A stretch of 63,266 bases of DNA, the filler included, from Octopus bimaculoides (lineage: Eukaryota): NCBI RefSeq assembly GCF_001194135.2. It is 7 parts of 7 records of this genome, joined end to end, with 100 filler letters (N's around TTAATTAATTAA, not from the genome) between each part and the next. Parts side by side here need not be neighbours in the genome. Positions count along the whole stretch, not along the records: positions 56,918 to 58,989 come from NC_068990.1; positions 59,090 to 60,864 come from NC_068998.1; positions 60,965 to 63,266 come from NW_026402549.1; 4 more parts are not named here. The stretch is one strand, 5' to 3'. Below the pieces are notes generated by a model. It searched no databases, was not told the DNA's origin, and was given only the letters and a program-made list of their open reading frames with translations. A program made the position numbers and the translations under genes. Shown here one piece after another: positions 57,581 to 63,266 of the stretch; position 1 is the first letter of the stretch, and each line of letters opens with the position of its first letter.

Positions 57581-58158
57581 GCGGCCATGCTGGAACACCT
57601 CCTTTAGTCGAACGAATCGACCCCAGTAAGGCTAAGTGACGGGGACCTAAACGCACCAGCATCGGTTGTCAAGCGATGGTGGGGGACAAACACAGACACA
57701 AATAACAAACACACACATACATATATATGTATATATATANNNNNNNNNNNNNNNNNNNNNNNNNNNNNNNNNNNNNNNNNNNNNNNNNNNNNNNNNNNNN
57801 NNNNNNNNNNNNNNNNNNNNNNNNNNNNNNNNNNNNNNNNNNNNNNNNNNNNNNNNNNNNNNNNNNNNNNNNNNNNNNNNNNNNNNNNNNNNNNNNNNNN
57901 NNNNNNNNNNNNNNNNNNNNNNNNNNNNNNNNNNNNNNNNNNNNNNNNNNNNNNNNNNNNNNNNNNNNNNNNNNNNNNNNNNNNNNNACATATGTTAATA
58001 CGACGGGCTTCTTTCAGTTTCCGCCTACCAAATCTGCTCACAAAACTTTGGTTGGCCCGAGGCTATAGTATACTTGCCCAAGGTGCCACGCAGTGGGACT
58101 GAACCCGGAACCATGCGGATGGAAAGCAAGCTTCTTACCACACAGCCACCCCTACGCC
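57581..58158 (-). mobile_element. SINE family B, near full-length, with a gap at the internal microsatellite
   Basis: GCGGCCATGCTGG..ATCGACCCCAG..GGTTGTCAAGCGATGG; CGACGGGCTTCTTTCAGTTTCC..CTTACCACACAGCC. Confidence 0.85.
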
Positions 58159-58161
58159 TAA

Positions 58162-58220
<59 letters not shown>

Positions 58221-58292
58221 ATACATACTTCGATTTTGAACCTGGTTTGCAAGATTCTTTATGTGCATGCGTGTGTTGAAGTAAATTAATGC

Positions 58293-58972
58293 TGTGTTTG
58301 GGGAGAGTCATATTGTTTTAATGCCTTATTATCTAACACACTCACCACTTCGATCTCCATTCATCTATTATATATATTTTTTCTTCCAAAATTTTCGTTG
58401 CCTTTTGCAAACTTGTCAATGGATATTGACTCTGTTATCGGAGCTGCTTTCTTTTTTTCTCTGTGCGCATGTGTGTGCATCGGCGTGCATGTGTGCTTGT
58501 GTATGCACATATGTATGTATGCATGTAAGCATGCATGCATATATGTATGTGTGGGTGTATGCATATATGTATGTATGCGTGTGTGTACGTATGTATACAC
58601 GTGGTATCACTAGTTTCTACCTGTATTATAATACACGTAGAAGGTAGTGAAGCCCCAATAGCCACAGATTATACATGTATAAGTACATTTACTAGTAGGG
58701 TGTTATGTACATACATACATACATGCATACATACGTACATACATACATACATACATATGTGCATACACAAGCACGCTGATGCACACACATGCGCACAAAC
58801 AGACAAAAAGGAATGCAGCTCCGATAACGGACAGAGTTAACATCCAGTGACAAGGCTGCAAAAGCAACGAAAATTTTGGATGAAAAATTATGAATAATAA
58901 ATGAGCGGAGATCGAACCGGTGAGTGTGTTAGATAATAAGGCATGAAGACAATATGACTCTCCCCAGACACA
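58293..58972. mobile_element. Fold-back element with long imperfect terminal inverted repeats (~230-250 bp arms)
   Basis: TGTGTTTGGGGAGAGTCATATTG...CTAACACACTCACC...TTATCGGAGCTGC...GTGCGCATGTGTGTGCATC is mirrored at 58740-58972; 14-bp palindrome TGTATTATAATACA in the spacer at 58622-58635. Confidence 0.8.
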
Positions 58973-59478
58973 ACATATATATATATATANNNNNNNNNNN
59001 NNNNNNNNNNNNNNNNNNNNNNNNNNNNNNNNNTTAATTAATTAANNNNNNNNNNNNNNNNNNNNNNNNNNNNNNNNNNNNNNNNNNNNTCTCTCTCTTT
59101 CTCTCTCTGTTTATGTGAGTGAGCATATTTCCTTTTATGTATATGAGGAAAAGGAAAGTGTTTATGTCAGACGTGTTCAGCCAATGAATTGTGTGTCATG
59201 TCTCTCTCCCTCCTTTTCTCCCCGCCCCCTCTCTCTATACTCTGTATGGGGGTATTTCTGCTGCAGCATCAAATCGTTTTATTCCGCGGTCGCGATCAAA
59301 GAACACTTGCAAAGGCCATGAGTGTTATCTCTCCCTCCAGGAGCATCAAGATAAAAAGAAAAAAAAAACAGAATTCTTATGCATTCTCGTATATTTCACT
59401 ATATGATTTTTCGCCGACACCAGAGCCAACGTCACAACCATCATCACCATCATCACCAGCATCAACATCACTAGCACT

Positions 59479-59509
<31 letters not shown>

Positions 59510-59839
59510 CAGCAACAACTCCATAACCACATCACCACACAACCACCCCTATTCTCCTCCAGGCTTTGTATTTTAGCATGCTAATTAACAGTTGAGTGAA
59601 AGTATATTCAACGTAAACCGTATATTTATTCCTTCATTAGATTTATAAATTAAATCTGCTTTCACCCACTTAACTATTGTTTATTGTTTATCAAACAGCG
59701 TTACTATCTTGAGTCTTTTAATTAGTTTTGGCTCACGGCCAAACGTCTGTTAGAAAGCATGTACATTACGATGCAACAACGCCAGAACTAGAGTCCACAT
59801 CCTACGCAAACCTGCTCTCTGAGCTTTATGCCAACCAAG

Positions 59840-60040
59840 AAAAGACCATGCAGTCAACTCGTTTGCTAGAAATAGCAGTAAATTTATTCTCACACCACAA
59901 TCTTATCCTTTTAAGTAGGTGTTCGATAATGTAGCTCGAGGTATATTCAAAATCTAGTGACGAAAAGTCAAATTGTTCTCACATCACAAACCGATCCCAT
60001 AAGGCATTAGATAATGTGGTGCGAGACTTGTTTAAAAGAG
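59840..60040 (+). repeat. Interspersed GCTAGAAATAGCAG-family repeat (also ~25590, 34300-34480, 36995-37200, 44365-44540)
   Basis: Shared GCTAGAAATA(G/A)CA(G/A)C..AAAT and GATAATGT blocks; repeat class not determined. Confidence 0.5.
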
Positions 60041-60779
60041 TAGCGATGCTAATGTCTGTATTTTACGTATATCGCTGATCGTTTAACCAACAAGGAAGAT
60101 AAACAGACAGATAGACAGATAGATCGATTGATAGATAGATAAACAGATAAACAGACAAATAGATAGACACATAGATAGAGAGAGAGAGAAAGAGAGAGAG
60201 AGGATATATACATATATTTGTGTGCGCGCGCGCAGGTGTATAGACTATTTTTTCTTTTCTTTAATATGCTCACTACTCCTTTCAATCTTTCTTTCCGATG
60301 AAGTACTAATATCCGAAACGTTAAGACACTCCATACTCATTTTGACTTCTCAAGCATGAAACTAATGCCACATTTGTCAAATATTTTTATGCTTCTTTGT
60401 TATTCTTTTTAATGTCTATTGATTTTACACTATGTATTTGTGTGTGTTTGTGTGTGTGTGCGTGTGTGTGTATGTGTGTGCGTTTGCAATAAATAGTAAA
60501 GTGTACCTTACTGCATTTTCTAAATCTGTCATAATGATACCCATTTCAAGTGTAATTATTAAATAATCTTATCAGCTTTATATAATGATACGTTCATATG
60601 AGAAGCATTCCCCTTGGCCCAACCTCAAATTATACTTCGAGGGTCACAAGATACCAAACAGATTTTGTTAGATTAATTTTTCCCTATAAAAGCCTCACCT
60701 GGTGACTATGTCCCTCTTAGCCTCACTACATTCAGTTTTCTGCATAGAAAATCTCTCTCAATTACTGTTTTATTTCTCT

Positions 60780-60789
60780 CTCGCTCTCA

Positions 60790-60864
<75 letters not shown>
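60780..60864. repeat. (CT)n microsatellite
   Basis: Direct read. Confidence 0.95.
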
Positions 60865-60964
60865 NNNNNNNNNNNNNNNNNNNNNNNNNNNNNNNNNNNN
60901 NNNNNNNNTTAATTAATTAANNNNNNNNNNNNNNNNNNNNNNNNNNNNNNNNNNNNNNNNNNNN

Positions 60965-61052
60965 ATTTCATGAGTAAGCTGTTCCGTTCTCGCGATTTCT
61001 CCGTTGATCAACTGGAACCCACGTCGTCGTAACCGACGGAGTGCCAACACAT
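60965..61052 (+). mobile_element. SINE family C, 3' end
   Basis: GCTGTTCCGTT..GATCAACTGGAACCC..CGACGGAGTGCCAACA. Confidence 0.75.
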
Positions 61053-61740
61053 ATGCATAATAAAGGAAGACAATTGACAATGACTTCATAGTCTCTGTTC
61101 AGTTCCTCTCGTCAGGATACACACACATATAAATATATATAGGTGTATATCTTTCCTTATTTTGTTTCAGCGAAAGACATCCACAACATCGAAGAGTAAA
61201 ATCTACCATTCTATACAAACAATAACTGTCTTGCATATATAGTAAGTAGGATGCGTTGAGGCTCGCCTAGCTGGAATTAATGTAGTATATATAATAAGTT
61301 CATCAACCAGTTAGGATCAAAATGATGTGTGCATTTATTATAGAACGTTCCTGCACATTAATACGTTAAAAAGACAAAATAACGTTCTGTATTTTTGTAC
61401 GTGAAGCACATCAAATCAAGCTCCAAATGATAGTAGCGGACTATTAGACACCGTGTTTCTGTATAATTTCGCTTCTCCAGTGTCAGATATTCGGAGCTAG
61501 GCTGGAACTTCTGCTGTTCCTATATAGAGAAGCACAAACAAGACATTTGCCGATTGCGTTAAAACACTGTGACTGGTAGTACATAGGAAGTTATTTGGAG
61601 CACGGTGCCAAAGTGTTTTTACATTGGAAGTTTAGAGGAAGAAATCTTTTAGCAAGAAAAAAAAATCCCCCAAGGAATGCTTTCACTTTCTGGTATGTAG
61701 GAGCGTTTTACAAAAATGTACACATCTTTTGCGCGCGCGC

Positions 61741-61772
<32 letters not shown>

Positions 61773-61782
61773 NNNNNNNNNN

Positions 61783-61816
<34 letters not shown>

Positions 61817-61956
61817 ATGTATGTGTGTGTATGTGTGTGTACACATTTGTATGTATATACATATATGTATATATAAATACATACATAGTCACACACATAC
61901 ACACAGATAACTATTTACATATACATACATATTTATATTATACACGCATATATGTA

Positions 61957-62011
<55 letters not shown>

Positions 62012-62781
62012 NNNNNNNNNNNNNNNNNNNNNNNNNNNNNNNNNNNNNNNNNNNNNNNNNNNNNNNNNNNNNNNNNNNNNNNNNNNNNNNNNNNNNNNNN
62101 NNNNNNNNNNNNNNNNNNNNNNNNNNNNNNNNNNNNNNNNNNNNNNNNNNNNNNNNNNNNNNNNNNNNNNNNNNNNNNNNNNNNNNNNNNNNNNNNNNNN
62201 NNNNNNNNNNNNNNNNNNNNNNNNNNNNNNNNNNNNNNNNNNNNNNNNNNNNNNNNNNNNNNNNNNNNNNNNNNNNNNNNNNNNNNNNNNNNNNNNNNNN
62301 NNNNNNNNNNNNNNNNNNNNNNNNNNNNNNNNNNNNNNNNNNNNNNNNNNNNNNNNNNNNNNNNNNNNNNNNNNNNNNNNNNNNNNNNNNNNNNNNNNNN
62401 NNNNNNNNNNNNNNNNNNNNNNNNNNNNNNNNNNNNNNNNNNNNNNNNNNNNNNNNNNNNNNNNNNNNNNNNNNNNNNNNNNNNNNNNNNNNNNNNNNNN
62501 NNNNNNNNNNNNNNNNNNNNNNNNNNNNNNNNNNNNNNNNNNNNNNNNNNNNNNNNNNNNNNNNNNNNNNNNNNNNNNNNNNNNNNNNNNNNNNNNNNNN
62601 NNNNNNNNNNNNNNNNNNNNNNNNNNNNNNNNNNNNNNNNNNNNNNNNNNNNNNNNNNNNNNNNNNNNNNNNNNNNNNNNNNNNNNNNNNNNNNNNNNNN
62701 NNNNNNNNNNNNNNNNNNNNNNNNNNNNNNNNNNNNNNNNNNNNNNNNNNNNNNNNNNNNNNNNNNNNNNNNNNNNNNNNN

Positions 62782-62824
<43 letters not shown>

Positions 62825-63221
62825 TTCACATATACATGCACACACACATACGTGCACGCACACATGTATAGACACACATACATGTGCTGTTGTCCCTCCG
62901 TTTGTCGTACGATCTCATTATGGCTTTCACCTTGAATCATAATGCACTTGGTTCGCTTCCTTGCCTCGTAACCAGAAACCCACCCCCAACTTGACATTAT
63001 TAACAGATTTACAATATAAACTTGGAATCCCAGTAGCAATAACAGTAAAAGACACATACGTATACACACAGGACACATAGAAATAACACGTACGCGCTGG
63101 ACAAACTCATTTCGAAAACTATTGTTGTGATAGTTGATGCTGCTGTTATCTAGTTAATGGTAGAAGGCTATTGACTCAGTTACTTAGGTGTATAGGAATG
63201 TAAAACTCTACGAGCACAGTT

Positions 63222-63266
63222 TGTTGGCACTCTCCGTCGCTTACGACGACAAGGGTTCCAGTTGAT
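63222..63266 (-). mobile_element. SINE family C, 3' end (cut by the window edge)
   Basis: GTTGGCAC..TCCGTCGCTTACGACGAC..GGGTTCCAGTTGAT. Confidence 0.7.

Noticed and set aside
18665-60964. TTAATTAATTAA repeated six times (18709, 30598, 44586, 56862, 59034, 60909)
   Set aside because: Each lies in the middle of an N run (44 N + 12 + 44 N = 100 at 18665-18764) and has stops in all six frames. It is a scaffolding linker for gaps of unknown size, not biology.
17180-63078. Long ORFs containing X runs
   Set aside because: They are open only because they cross N gaps.

Overview
AT-rich, repeat-dense eukaryotic DNA with many assembly gaps. The repeat families and the style of zinc-finger cluster point to an octopus genome; this is inferred, not database-checked. 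The only secure protein-coding genes are three tandem minus-strand paralogues, each with an uninterrupted ORF of 14 C2H2 zinc fingers and no KRAB, SCAN, ZAD or BTB domain (32396-33694, 35325-36596, 42480-43778). The 3' remnant of a probable fourth paralogue runs into the gap at 39886. The rest is at least four tRNA-headed SINE families, R4/Dong-like, RTE-like and CR1/L2-like LINE fragments, mariner and TTAA-flanked (piggyBac-type) MITEs, fold-back elements and microsatellites. Most notable observations: (1) a tRNA-headed SINE whose 3' part is a minimal type-I hammerhead ribozyme, found twice as TSD-flanked insertions with the same head-to-head inverted architecture; (2) a separate near-canonical hammerhead at 7240-7307; (3) zinc-finger arrays that shuffled fingers yet all stop at 14, with dead fingers in their 3' UTRs and an identical upstream splice acceptor; (4) a twin-priming-type 5' inversion in a non-L1 LINE; (5) a very young nested inverted repeat just downstream of the first ZNF poly(A) signal. 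No CRISPR array, rRNA or genuine tRNA gene was found. Repeat boundaries are approximate, about +/-10-20 bp unless stated.
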